From a bacterium (GTDB lineage: Bacteria > Patescibacteriota > Minisyncoccia > Minisyncoccales > CG1-02-41-26): DNA of 55,570 nt. Within the stretch, counting starts at the first letter, position 1. Each line of letters starts with the position of its first letter. A model generated the notes under the pieces. It was not told where the DNA came from. It saw nothing but the letters and a program-made list of their open reading frames with translations, and did not search any database. A program made the translations under genes and the position numbers. Of this stretch, positions 9,269-17,987 are shown piece after piece. The stretch spans positions 1 through 55,570 of the forward strand of contig JAGGXV010000022.1 in NCBI GenBank assembly GCA_021162885.1. Reading direction: 5' to 3'.

Positions 9269-9296
9269 TATACTCTTAAGTGTAATTATGCGAACC
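9269..9296 (-). other. dif-like Xer recombination site (11-6-11)
   Basis: Minus strand GGTTCGCATAA-TTACAC-TTAAGAGTATA; first arm differs by 1 nt from the E. coli XerC arm GGTGCGCATAA; TAA/TTA flank a 6-bp spacer; 25 bp upstream of the xer start. Confidence 0.7.
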
Positions 9297-9360
9297 AATA
9301 TCTACTAATAATATAAACCCTGCCAGGGGCTCTTGTCAAGTCCCCTACTACAAAAACATC

Positions 9361-9738
9361 TTATTTAATCAAGTCCACGAGCCATTTCCAGAAATTGGAG
9401 AAAGTTTGTTTTATTTCTATTTTTATTTCCTCTTTCTCTTTTTCGAATCGTTCTCTAATTTCTGGTTTTTTCTTTTCAAACCATTGCTGAATCTTTGGTA
9501 AAATGTTCTCTCGCCAATAGTTTATCACTCGTTGATGGGCTTTCTTCCAAATGGCCAGGACATTCCCCAAGACCTTTTTTAAACTTTCAATTGCTTCTTT
9601 AACTATCGTCTTCTCTTGGGATGTTTTTTCTTCTTGCTGAACAGAAAATTGTTCAAGAGAGTTTTGAGCCTGAGTAAAATTATAAAAGCAATTAAACACT
9701 AAAAAAACAATTATTAAAAAACTAAAATAGTGTTTCAT
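9361..9738 (-). CDS. Hypothetical secreted helical protein
   Basis: Signal-peptide-like N-terminus ending AQN; charged amphipathic helices. Confidence 0.7.
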   Translation of the reverse strand: MKHYFSFLIIVFLVFNCFYNFTQAQNSLEQFSVQQEEKTSQEKTIVKEAIESLKKVLGNVLAIWKKAHQRVINYWRENILPKIQQWFEKKKPEIRERFEKEKEEIKIEIKQTFSNFWKWLVDLIK

Positions 9739-9778
9739 AAATTTTCAATAAAGAACAAGCCCGAGCGCTACCCTTTTT

Positions 9779-11404
9779 TTACAGTTTCTTGCGAGCTTGT
9801 TTTATTCGATTAAGGGTTTTCTCTTTTCCTAAGATACTGGAAATTTCAAAAGGACCAGCTGAGGCCTCTTTACCAGTTAGAGCCACTCGCAAGGGCCAAA
9901 GCATTTTCCCTCTATCCCCTACTTTTTCTGCTTCAACTAATAAAACTTTTTCAAGATTTTCTTTAGTCCAGTCAGACGGTTTTATATTTTTCAAGATTTT
10001 CTTTAATTTGTCAAGGATATCTTTAGTTTCTTTTTCAGTCATATCTTTCCATTTCAAAAGTTCCTTTGAATACTCTAATTTCTCTTTAAAGAAGAAATCA
10101 GTTAATTCTGAAATTTCAGAAAGTTTCTTTAATCTTTCTTGATACAAACTAATTGCTTTTTTGAGATAATTAAAGGAAATTTCCTCTCCACTTTCTTTTA
10201 TTCTGAATTTCTGGCTGATAAGCTCTGCTCCATAAGCTGGTGGAAACTGTTCTTTCTCAAAAGCTGGTGGAAACTGTTCTTTCTCAAAATATGGTTCAAT
10301 TAGCTCAGCCTTTATTAAATAAGGTAAACATAACTCGGTTAATTTCTCTGGGGATTTTGCCCGGATATAAAATCCATTTATCCAGTCCAATTTCTTGGAA
10401 TTAAAGATCGCTCCTCCACTTTGGAGTCCCTCTACTGAAAACTCTTGGATTAAAGAATTCATAGAAAATATCTCCCGGGGGGTTCCAGGATTCCAGCCCA
10501 AAAGAGCCAAAAAATTAACCAAAGCTTCTGGCAAATAGCCCTCTTTCTTGTATTCTAAAACTGGTTTGGCTCCGTGTCTCTTGCTTAATTTAGTTCTATC
10601 TGGACCCAAAATCAAAGGTAAGTGAAGATATTTTGGTTGAGGAAACCCTAAACTTTCAGCTAATAAAATTTGTTTGGGGGTGTTTGGAATATGGTCTTCT
10701 CCTCGAATAACATGAGTTATTTTCATTTCAAAATCATCAATCACGCAAGCCAAATTATACAGAGGAGTAGTTAAATCTTTAGCCACTGCCATATCTCCAA
10801 AAGTATCTGTGTCAACCTCTATTTTCCCTCGTAACATATCTTGAAAACTGACCTTTTTTGAAGGAGTTTTAAATCTCAAAACAAAGGGCTTTTTTTCTTT
10901 TAAATTCTTTCTCACTTCTTCAGGAGAGAGGTTTCGACATTTTCCTGAGTAGCGAGGAGGTTGGCCAATACTCAAGAGGTAATTTCGATGGGCTTGCAAT
11001 TCTTCTCGGGAACAAAAACAATAATATATCTTTCTTTCATCTAAAAGTTTCTGAATATATTTTTTGTAAATCTCTTTTCTCTCTGATTGTCGATAAGGAC
11101 CATACCTTCCTCCACAATCAGGACCTTCCTGCCATTCTATTCCCAACCACTTTAATCCCTCAATGATATTTTCTTCCCACTCTTTTTTCGACCGTTCAGG
11201 ATCTGTGTCTTCAATTCTTAAAATGAAACTACCTTGATTTTTTTTAGCGAAAAGATAGTTAAAAAGAGCGGTCCTGGCAGTGCCAATATGAAAGAATCCG
11301 GTGGGGGCGGGAGCTATTCTTACCCTAATTTCCCCGGGCCTTATTAATTCTATTTTTTTGGGGTCTTCCAATTCCTTAAGGGATTGGAGATTTTCTTTAA
11401 TCAT
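9779..11404 (-). CDS. gltX: Glutamate--tRNA ligase
   Basis: RIAPAPTGFFHIGTAR, LRIEDTD, HVIRGEDH, KLSKR; start placed at ATG 11404 just past the murG stop. Confidence 0.97.
   Translation of the reverse strand: MIKENLQSLKELEDPKKIELIRPGEIRVRIAPAPTGFFHIGTARTALFNYLFAKKNQGSFILRIEDTDPERSKKEWEENIIEGLKWLGIEWQEGPDCGGRYGPYRQSERKEIYKKYIQKLLDERKIYYCFCSREELQAHRNYLLSIGQPPRYSGKCRNLSPEEVRKNLKEKKPFVLRFKTPSKKVSFQDMLRGKIEVDTDTFGDMAVAKDLTTPLYNLACVIDDFEMKITHVIRGEDHIPNTPKQILLAESLGFPQPKYLHLPLILGPDRTKLSKRHGAKPVLEYKKEGYLPEALVNFLALLGWNPGTPREIFSMNSLIQEFSVEGLQSGGAIFNSKKLDWINGFYIRAKSPEKLTELCLPYLIKAELIEPYFEKEQFPPAFEKEQFPPAYGAELISQKFRIKESGEEISFNYLKKAISLYQERLKKLSEISELTDFFFKEKLEYSKELLKWKDMTEKETKDILDKLKKILKNIKPSDWTKENLEKVLLVEAEKVGDRGKMLWPLRVALTGKEASAGPFEISSILGKEKTLNRIKQARKKL
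10234..10287. repeat. 27-bp in-frame tandem duplication in gltX
   Basis: AAGCTGGTGGAAACTGTTCTTTCTCAA x2, encoding FEKEQFPPA x2. Confidence 0.92.
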
Positions 11405-11405
11405 G

Positions 11406-12515
11406 TTATTTAAGATATTCCAAAAGATAACAAGCAATTATCTTTGCTGCTTTTGGCCGGCTGAAATTCTTGGCCGCTTCAGCCATTTTTTGGAGAATAT
11501 CGGGCCGAGAAAACAAATATTTCAATTTTTCTAAAAAGAAATGAGGCCTTAAATTTTTCTCCTCAATAACCTCAGCAGCCCCTATTTTTGAGAAAGCATA
11601 GGCATTTTCCAACTGATGATTTTGAGCCGAAGTTGGCAACGGAATTAACAAAGAAGGCTTACCAACCGCGGCAATTTCGAAAATACTACCCGCTCCAGCC
11701 CTCGAGACTACCAAATCGCAGCAAAAAAAGGCATTCTTTAAGTAGTTTTCATTTAAAAAAGGAAAAGGATGATAATATTTTTTTAAACTTTGTTCTGATA
11801 TCATAACTTCTGCTTCAGCTTTCACTCGGCTGAAATTTCTTTGGCCTGTCTGGTGAATTATTTCAAAATCGGCGACTAATTCTGGCAGAATTTCAAGAAT
11901 TGTTTCGTTTATGCTCCTTGCTCCTTGTGATCCTCCGAAAATTAAAATTAAAGGTTTGTTGCCTTGTAGGTTAAAGATTTTTTTTGGTTCAACTCCCATA
12001 TCTTTTAAAATTTCTTCTCTGATTGGGTTGCCAACACAAATCATTTTTTCTTTTGGAAAAAATCTGGTTTTAGGGAAAGAAGTAAAAATTTCCAACGCCC
12101 ATTTACTTTCTATTTTTGCTGCCAGTCCCGGGCTAATGTCTGATTCATGCAAGAAAATTGGAATATGCAAGATTCGTGCTGCCATCACTGCGGGAAAAGA
12201 GCCGTATCCTCCCTTACTGAACACAACATCGGGAGCTAAAAAGAAAAGCCAAAAGAATGCCTGTAAGGTTCCAATAGGAATTTTAAGAATGTCCAAAAAA
12301 TTTTTCAAAGAGAAATACCTTCTCAGCTTACCAGCCAATATTTTTTTCACCATTACTCCTTCTCCAGAAAGTAAAGTTAAACTATATTTATCTTTGGGAC
12401 CTAAGTAAAACAATTTGAGCTCAGGGCCCGAATAAATTTTTTTCAGTTCTCTGACGATAGCGACAATTGGGAAAGTGTGGCCAGCTGTTCCACCGCCGGT
12501 AAAAACAATTTTCAT
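11406..12515 (-). CDS. murG: Lipid I N-acetylglucosaminyltransferase
   Basis: GGGTAGH, SKGGY, HESD, GNPIR, GGSQGA, SRAGAG, HQLENA. Confidence 0.96.
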   Translation of the reverse strand: MKIVFTGGGTAGHTFPIVAIVRELKKIYSGPELKLFYLGPKDKYSLTLLSGEGVMVKKILAGKLRRYFSLKNFLDILKIPIGTLQAFFWLFFLAPDVVFSKGGYGSFPAVMAARILHIPIFLHESDISPGLAAKIESKWALEIFTSFPKTRFFPKEKMICVGNPIREEILKDMGVEPKKIFNLQGNKPLILIFGGSQGARSINETILEILPELVADFEIIHQTGQRNFSRVKAEAEVMISEQSLKKYYHPFPFLNENYLKNAFFCCDLVVSRAGAGSIFEIAAVGKPSLLIPLPTSAQNHQLENAYAFSKIGAAEVIEEKNLRPHFFLEKLKYLFSRPDILQKMAEAAKNFSRPKAAKIIACYLLEYLK

Positions 12516-12519
12516 AAAA

Positions 12520-12588
12520 TCCTCTCGAATTACGAATCTAGTCGAATTACGAATATTCGTAATTCGTGTTCATTCGTAATTCGTAGGG
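12520..12588. repeat. ACGAATT-based ~68-bp palindromic element (copy 1)
   Basis: Four CGAATTACGAAT-type units; central 24-bp perfect palindrome at 12543-12566; near-identical (reverse complement) to 33682-33756. Confidence 0.85.
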
Positions 12589-13716
12589 TTATTTCCTTGA
12601 AATATTAAGCAAAATTCCTATTCCAATTAATTCTGTTATCAGGTGCGACCCTCCATAGCTGAAAAAAGGCAAAGGAATCCCAGCTAAAGGTAAAATCCCT
12701 ATCATTCCTCCGATATTGAAAACAGTTTGTGAAACTATCCAAACTGTGATTCCTAAAGCTAAAACACGGGAAAAACTTTTTTCTGAAGTTGCAGCGGTTT
12801 TGAGACCTCTCCATAGAAAAACCAAAAAAAGGAATAGAAGAAAGAAAGAACCAATAAACCCTGTCTCTTCTCCTATTATAGCAAAAATTGAGTCAGATAT
12901 TGAGTGGGGTAAAAAGCCAAATTTTTGGCGCGACAACCCAAGCCCAAATCCGCCCTCAATGCCAAATATCTTTCCTGAACCTATGGCAATTAAAGCCTGT
13001 TTCAACTGATAACTGATTCCCAAAGGATCAGTTTCGGGATGGAAAACACTGAATACTCTGGCGGCTCTGTAAGGAGCAATTTTTATCAAGAGAGCCGCTA
13101 TCCCTCCTCCTCCCAAAATCATCACCAGCGAATGCCACCAAGGAGTAGGGCTGGCAAAATACATTAACAAAGCAGTAATCAGAATTATCCCGGCTGTGCT
13201 CATATCGGGTTGCAAAAGTAGCCCAATTCCCAAAACTGCTAAAATTGCCAAAAAGACAATCCAGGTTTGAATTCTTTTAGTTTTTGAAAGCGCTGTCCTT
13301 TCCCCAAATTTATTAGAAAGCCAAGCAGCGAGATAAAGCAAGAAAGTGATTTTTAAAAACTCTGATGGTTGAAACAAAATTGGCCCCAAACCAATCCAGC
13401 GGCTTGCTCCTCCGATTTCAATTCCAATTTTTGGCAAGAAAACAAAAAATAAAAGTATTAAATTCAACAAAAATAACCGAGGGCCCCATTTCTGAAAAAA
13501 ATTTAAAGGCAAACGAAAACAAATAAAACCTATCAATATTCCAGGAACGAGACCAGCTAATATCTGATGAAAGAAATAATGCCAGATATTTCCATATTTT
13601 TCCAAAGAGAGAGGAATAGAAACAGTTCCAATAGTAAATATCCCCCACAGGACCAAGATGGAAACTACTCCAAGCAATACATAATCAGGGTGAGAAGTGC
13701 TATTTTTTACCTCCAT
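12589..13716 (-). CDS. ftsW: SEDS-family peptidoglycan polymerase FtsW
   Basis: GASRWI, FQPSEFLK, LQPD, SDSIFAIIGEETG, PFFSYGGS; lies between murD and murG. Confidence 0.93.
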   Translation of the reverse strand: MEVKNSTSHPDYVLLGVVSILVLWGIFTIGTVSIPLSLEKYGNIWHYFFHQILAGLVPGILIGFICFRLPLNFFQKWGPRLFLLNLILLFFVFLPKIGIEIGGASRWIGLGPILFQPSEFLKITFLLYLAAWLSNKFGERTALSKTKRIQTWIVFLAILAVLGIGLLLQPDMSTAGIILITALLMYFASPTPWWHSLVMILGGGGIAALLIKIAPYRAARVFSVFHPETDPLGISYQLKQALIAIGSGKIFGIEGGFGLGLSRQKFGFLPHSISDSIFAIIGEETGFIGSFFLLFLFLVFLWRGLKTAATSEKSFSRVLALGITVWIVSQTVFNIGGMIGILPLAGIPLPFFSYGGSHLITELIGIGILLNISRK

Positions 13717-15067
13717 ATATCTTTATGAATCTCTTAAATAAATTTCCTCTCTGGCGATAATTTTTAAATAAATTGAAACTTGGAGCAGCTGGGCTGAGCA
13801 AACAAGCACTCCCCTTCTCTGTATTTTCGTAGGCTGTTTTTATGGCTTCTTTCATTGAACGGACAAAAAAGCTCTTTGGCAGATTCTTTGAGTTCTTTTT
13901 CAGATTAAGAATTTCTTGCCAAATTTTCTTCCCCGTGCCCGGTGACAAAAAAATCAAAGTTTTGACATTACTTTTTAAAATCCTTTTAGCCAAGAGAGAA
14001 AAATCAATTCCTCCCTTATCAGACCCTCCCAGGATTAATGTTTTTACTTTGTTTCTCAAAGCCTCAAGGGCAGCGATGGTAGCCTGGGGAACCGTGGCTA
14101 AAGAGTCATTATAAAACTCTATCCCCCTATATTTGCCAACATATTCTAATCTATGAGGCAATGGTTTAAATTCTTTTAGAGCTTCTTTTATTTTTGTTTT
14201 AGGAATATTAAACAACTTCCCTACCTTGATGGCTGTTATTGTGTTAAAAAGATTGAATTTTCCAATTAAAGGAATTTTTTTAATTTCATTCCTAATTCGT
14301 TTAAATTCGTAATTCGTAGGTTTGATAGGGATTTTTTTAGCGTTTGTTTTTTCTGCAACTTCTCTTAATTCTTTTTGTTCCGAATTGTAAATAAAAAAAT
14401 CATTTTTTCTCTGATGTAAAGTAATATTTTCTTTAGCTTTTTTGTAATTTTGGAAGTTTTTGTAATAATCCAAATGAGCCGGCCAAAGATTTAAAAAAAC
14501 AGCAATCTGAGGAGATTTTTTAAGATTTTGCAATTGATGAGAAGATAACTCATAAACGAAGATGTCGTTTTTTTTGGCTCTGAGTAAGCTTTGAAAAACT
14601 GGCTTGCCAATGTTCCCTACCAAATGAACCTTCAATCCCCCTTTTTTTAGAATTTTGTAAATTAAAGAAGCAGTGGTTCCTTTCCCTTTCGTTCCTGTTA
14701 CTCCAACAATTTTGCCAGGACAATTATCAAAAAAAATCTCAGTTTGGGAAGTTATTTTTGTTCCCTTTTTTAAAAAAGGTTTGATAATTTTTAAAGGAAT
14801 TCCCGGTGTTTTAATTATTAAATTGTAATTTTTCAGAGAGTTTAGATAATCTTTACCAAAATACAATTTTGTTTTTTTGTCAAATCTCAAGAGATATTGA
14901 GTTTTTTCTGGCAGTTTTTTGAACTCTTGCCTATCAGCGATTGCTAAAATTTTCCTTGGAAAAAGTTTCCTCAAAGCCAAGAAAGTGTCTTTCCCTTCCT
15001 TGCCAAATCCCAAAATCAATATTTTTTTGTTCTTTAATTCTTCTAAACTCATACATGCATACTCCAA
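13700..15067 (-). CDS. murD: UDP-MurNAc-L-Ala--D-Glu ligase
   Basis: TPGI, VTGTKGKGTT, GNIG, ELSSHQL, HLDY, HRLE, NDSLAT, LSPA. Confidence 0.95.
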   Translation of the reverse strand: MEYACMSLEELKNKKILILGFGKEGKDTFLALRKLFPRKILAIADRQEFKKLPEKTQYLLRFDKKTKLYFGKDYLNSLKNYNLIIKTPGIPLKIIKPFLKKGTKITSQTEIFFDNCPGKIVGVTGTKGKGTTASLIYKILKKGGLKVHLVGNIGKPVFQSLLRAKKNDIFVYELSSHQLQNLKKSPQIAVFLNLWPAHLDYYKNFQNYKKAKENITLHQRKNDFFIYNSEQKELREVAEKTNAKKIPIKPTNYEFKRIRNEIKKIPLIGKFNLFNTITAIKVGKLFNIPKTKIKEALKEFKPLPHRLEYVGKYRGIEFYNDSLATVPQATIAALEALRNKVKTLILGGSDKGGIDFSLLAKRILKSNVKTLIFLSPGTGKKIWQEILNLKKNSKNLPKSFFVRSMKEAIKTAYENTEKGSACLLSPAAPSFNLFKNYRQRGNLFKRFIKIYGGKK

Positions 15068-15095
15068 AATACCACAAAATTCCCCTAAAATAAAC

Positions 15096-15119
15096 AGAGG
15101 ACTCCGCGGGGAGTCCTCT
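15096..15119. terminator. Intrinsic terminator of the gam cassette
   Basis: AGAGGACTCC-GCGG-GGAGTCCTCT perfect 10-bp stem. Confidence 0.75.
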
Positions 15120-15137
15120 ATCTCTATATTTTGAAAT

Positions 15138-15260
15138 TCAACAATTCTTTTTCTTTGCTACCTTCTCTTTTCTCCTTTTTTCTCGCATGCGCATTTTGAT
15201 ATTTCTTAGTACTCGAGGAATGATTTTTTTGATGTGTTCAGGATCCGTATTTTTCCTCAT
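15138..15260 (-). CDS. 40-aa basic peptide downstream of gam (not in ORF track)
   Basis: MRKNTDPEHIKKIIPRVLRNIKMRMREKRRKEKVAKKKNC; preceded by AAAGGGGGT SD-like sequence; lies between gam and the terminator. Confidence 0.5.
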   Translation of the reverse strand: MRKNTDPEHIKKIIPRVLRNIKMRMREKRRKEKVAKKKNC

Positions 15261-15278
15261 TTTTTTACCCCCCTTTGC

Positions 15279-15827
15279 CTATTTCAGTTCCTCGGTATTT
15301 TTAGATATTTTAATCTTTCCAAACTTTTCCACACCGGGTTCAATCACAAACTTTTCTCGTTGCTTAATGGTAACTCCTTTGATTTCCGAAGCTTTCTCTT
15401 GTTCATTAAGCATAGCTTGTTTATCAATCTCTTCTTTAACCCGGATAAATTGAAAGAACCCAGCTTCTTTGCATCTTTTTATTATTTCCTCTTTCTTACC
15501 TTTTAAAACCACCAAAGCCTTACCAACTCTCCATCCTATAGTTCCAGTAGGAAAAGAAACTGTTTTTAATTTACCTTTCTCAGTGAGTTCCTCTCGGTTC
15601 TGTTGGGCGTATGCGTAAAGAGCTTTAATTAACTGTTCTATGATTCTCTCTTCAGTCTCTATTTTTGGCATTTCTTTTTGCCTGATTTTTTCTAGTTTTT
15701 CTTCCAGAATTGCTCTTTGACTTATGACTTTCCGTTGGTGTTCTCCTATCTGTCTAATATATTCTGCTGCCTCCTCTTTTGAAGTAGGGGGAGTAATTAT
15801 AGCTCGCTTAGCAATCTGTCCCTTCAT
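15279..15827 (-). CDS. gam: Mu Gam-family host-nuclease inhibitor (DNA end-binding)
   Basis: N-terminal coiled coil, then ELTEKGKLKTVSFPTGTIGWR and IRVKEEIDKQAML, typical of Mu Gam-like proteins; AAAGGAGG SD. Confidence 0.85.
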   Translation of the reverse strand: MKGQIAKRAIITPPTSKEEAAEYIRQIGEHQRKVISQRAILEEKLEKIRQKEMPKIETEERIIEQLIKALYAYAQQNREELTEKGKLKTVSFPTGTIGWRVGKALVVLKGKKEEIIKRCKEAGFFQFIRVKEEIDKQAMLNEQEKASEIKGVTIKQREKFVIEPGVEKFGKIKISKNTEELK

Positions 15828-15971
15828 TTTTTCCTCCTTTTATTCTTTCATTATTTTATTTTTTAATGTTCCTTGATTTTTTCTCAGATTTTTTCTCACT
15901 TTGGGATAAAATTTTTATCCTCTAACTTTATGCTTAAAAATACCACAAAAATCTTTCAGTGTAAAGAAAAA

Positions 15972-16001
15972 AGAGTTCTTCTTTTTGGAAACAAGAACTC
16001 T
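15972..16001. terminator. Intrinsic terminator after murI
   Basis: AGAGTTCTT / AAGAACTCT inverted repeat with T tract on the minus strand. Confidence 0.6.
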
Positions 16002-16021
16002 CTGTGTGAATTTCCTTGAAT

Positions 16022-16840
16022 CTATTCTAAGATAACTTTTTCTGGGATAATTGGCTTGCCAAAGAATTTACTGCCTAAAATTTGAAACTTATCGGTTAAA
16101 TCTGTTGTTAAAAATTTAATTTTAGAAGTTTTAAGAAGTTCATTTTCTATTTCAGGATGTCTTTTTAAATAATCTTTTAATTTCTCAGCCACTACCCTCC
16201 CCTCTGTTATAAGATTTATATTCTTTCCGATAATTGCTCTAATTTTATCTTTTAACAGGCCATAGTGAGTACAGCCCAAAATTAAAGTGTCAATGTCTTG
16301 TTTGATCAAGGGATTAAGATAATTTTTCAGGGCGATATTCGCTATTTCAGAATTATGTTCTCCTGTTTCAACAATTGGCACCAACAAAGGACAGCTTTTT
16401 TGAAAAACACTTATATTCGGATTTAGTTTCTTGAACTCCCGTTCAAAAGCACGAGAGTTAACTGTTCCTTGGGTGGCAATAACGCCAATGCGATTATTTT
16501 TCGTTAAACTAATTGCAGCTTCAACCGTCGGGATTATAACACCTAAAACTTTTTTTTCTGGATAATATTTTGGTAAGTATTCCTGTTGGATTTTTCGCAA
16601 TGCCTCGCTTGAAGCAGTATTGCAAGCCAAAATTATCAACCGGCAATTTTGCTTAAACAAAAAATCAACTGCTTGGGCAGTAAATTTGTAAATCAATTCT
16701 TGAGAGCGGCTACCATAAGGCGCTCTGGCTGTATCTCCCAGATAAACATAGTTATATTCTGGCAAAACCTTGACTATCTCTTTTGTTATATCCAAACCGC
16801 CAAACCCAGAATCAAAAATACCAACACATTGATTGGTCAT
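16022..16840 (-). CDS. murI: Glutamate racemase
   Basis: GIFDSGFGG, PYG, ACNTAS, LGCTHY. Confidence 0.97.
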   Translation of the reverse strand: MTNQCVGIFDSGFGGLDITKEIVKVLPEYNYVYLGDTARAPYGSRSQELIYKFTAQAVDFLFKQNCRLIILACNTASSEALRKIQQEYLPKYYPEKKVLGVIIPTVEAAISLTKNNRIGVIATQGTVNSRAFEREFKKLNPNISVFQKSCPLLVPIVETGEHNSEIANIALKNYLNPLIKQDIDTLILGCTHYGLLKDKIRAIIGKNINLITEGRVVAEKLKDYLKRHPEIENELLKTSKIKFLTTDLTDKFQILGSKFFGKPIIPEKVILE

Positions 16841-16922
16841 TTTTTGTCATAACTTAATTTTTTGAAAATCCTTGATATTTTCTTTTTTTTTCACGATTTT
16901 GAGGAATTTTAAAATAAGAAAA

Positions 16923-17987
16923 TCAGCCAAGCAATCTTATGGTTATTCCAATTATGGTAAAAACCATTCCCAAAAGCCAAAATCTCATGGTAATTTTTTC
17001 AGGAGGCCAACCCTTGGCTTCTAAGTGATGGTGAATTGGAGCGCAAAGAAATATTTTTTTGCCAAAAAATTTTTTTGAGAAAAGTTGCAACAAAACACTT
17101 CCCGCCTCAATTACCAAAAGTCCTCCGATAATTGGCAAGCACACGACAGAGTCGGTTAAGAAACTAACCACCGCCAAAGTTGAGGTCAAACCAATCATTC
17201 CTGTCTCTCCCATATAAAAACGGGCCGGAGGGATATTAAACCACAAAAAAGCCAAAATTGTTCCAGCCAGAACCGCACAAAACCCAGCTAAATTATATTG
17301 CATTCGAGAGAAGGCAATGATACTGAAAGCTCCGAACATCATGCTGAACGCTCCTCCTGCTAACCCGTCAATGCCGTCTATCACTCCTCCCGCCCAACAA
17401 GCCAAAACCACAACAACAAATAAAGGTAAATACCAAAAACCAAATTCCAAATCACCCAAACCGGGAATATGTAAAGTGTGCCAGCCAAGTTTAAAATAAA
17501 ACCACCAAGCCCCAACTACTCCTATCATTAAAACAATCAGTAATCTCCGAGTAAATCTTATGCCCCCGCCGCTATATTTTCCTTTGCCAAAAATTTGCAA
17601 AATATCATCTCCCAGTCCCAATAAAGAAGCAGCAACCAAAGTAGCCAAGGGCAGCCAGGTTTGATCTCTTGATAAAAAATTAAGTTTTTGGACCAAAGAA
17701 TTATCAGAGATTTTAGCCAAGGCGGAAAATAAAAAAGCGACTAAAACGCAAGTTATCCAAATTAAAAGGCCGCCCAAACGGGGCACCTTCACTTCTCTTT
17801 CTTTGTGGAGATTATAGAAAACCGGAGCCGGTTTGCCATCAATGGTTTTTTTTCTGGGTGCTTTCCTCCAGAGTTTGTATTTGTAAAGAAAATGAGTTAA
17901 AAGGGGCGTCCATAAAACAGCCAAAAAAGCAGAAGAAACACAGAGGACCAAAATTTTAATTACCTGGATTTTGAGCATAAAATTCAA
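16923..17987 (-). CDS. mraY: Phospho-MurNAc-pentapeptide transferase
   Basis: PRLGG, GLGDD, DGIDGL, FNIPPARFYMGETG, APIHHHLE; multi-TM. Confidence 0.94.
   Translation of the reverse strand: MNFMLKIQVIKILVLCVSSAFLAVLWTPLLTHFLYKYKLWRKAPRKKTIDGKPAPVFYNLHKEREVKVPRLGGLLIWITCVLVAFLFSALAKISDNSLVQKLNFLSRDQTWLPLATLVAASLLGLGDDILQIFGKGKYSGGGIRFTRRLLIVLMIGVVGAWWFYFKLGWHTLHIPGLGDLEFGFWYLPLFVVVVLACWAGGVIDGIDGLAGGAFSMMFGAFSIIAFSRMQYNLAGFCAVLAGTILAFLWFNIPPARFYMGETGMIGLTSTLAVVSFLTDSVVCLPIIGGLLVIEAGSVLLQLFSKKFFGKKIFLCAPIHHHLEAKGWPPEKITMRFWLLGMVFTIIGITIRLLG

Noticed and set aside
15279..15827. Mu-like prophage
   Set aside because: No transposase, structural or lysis genes near gam
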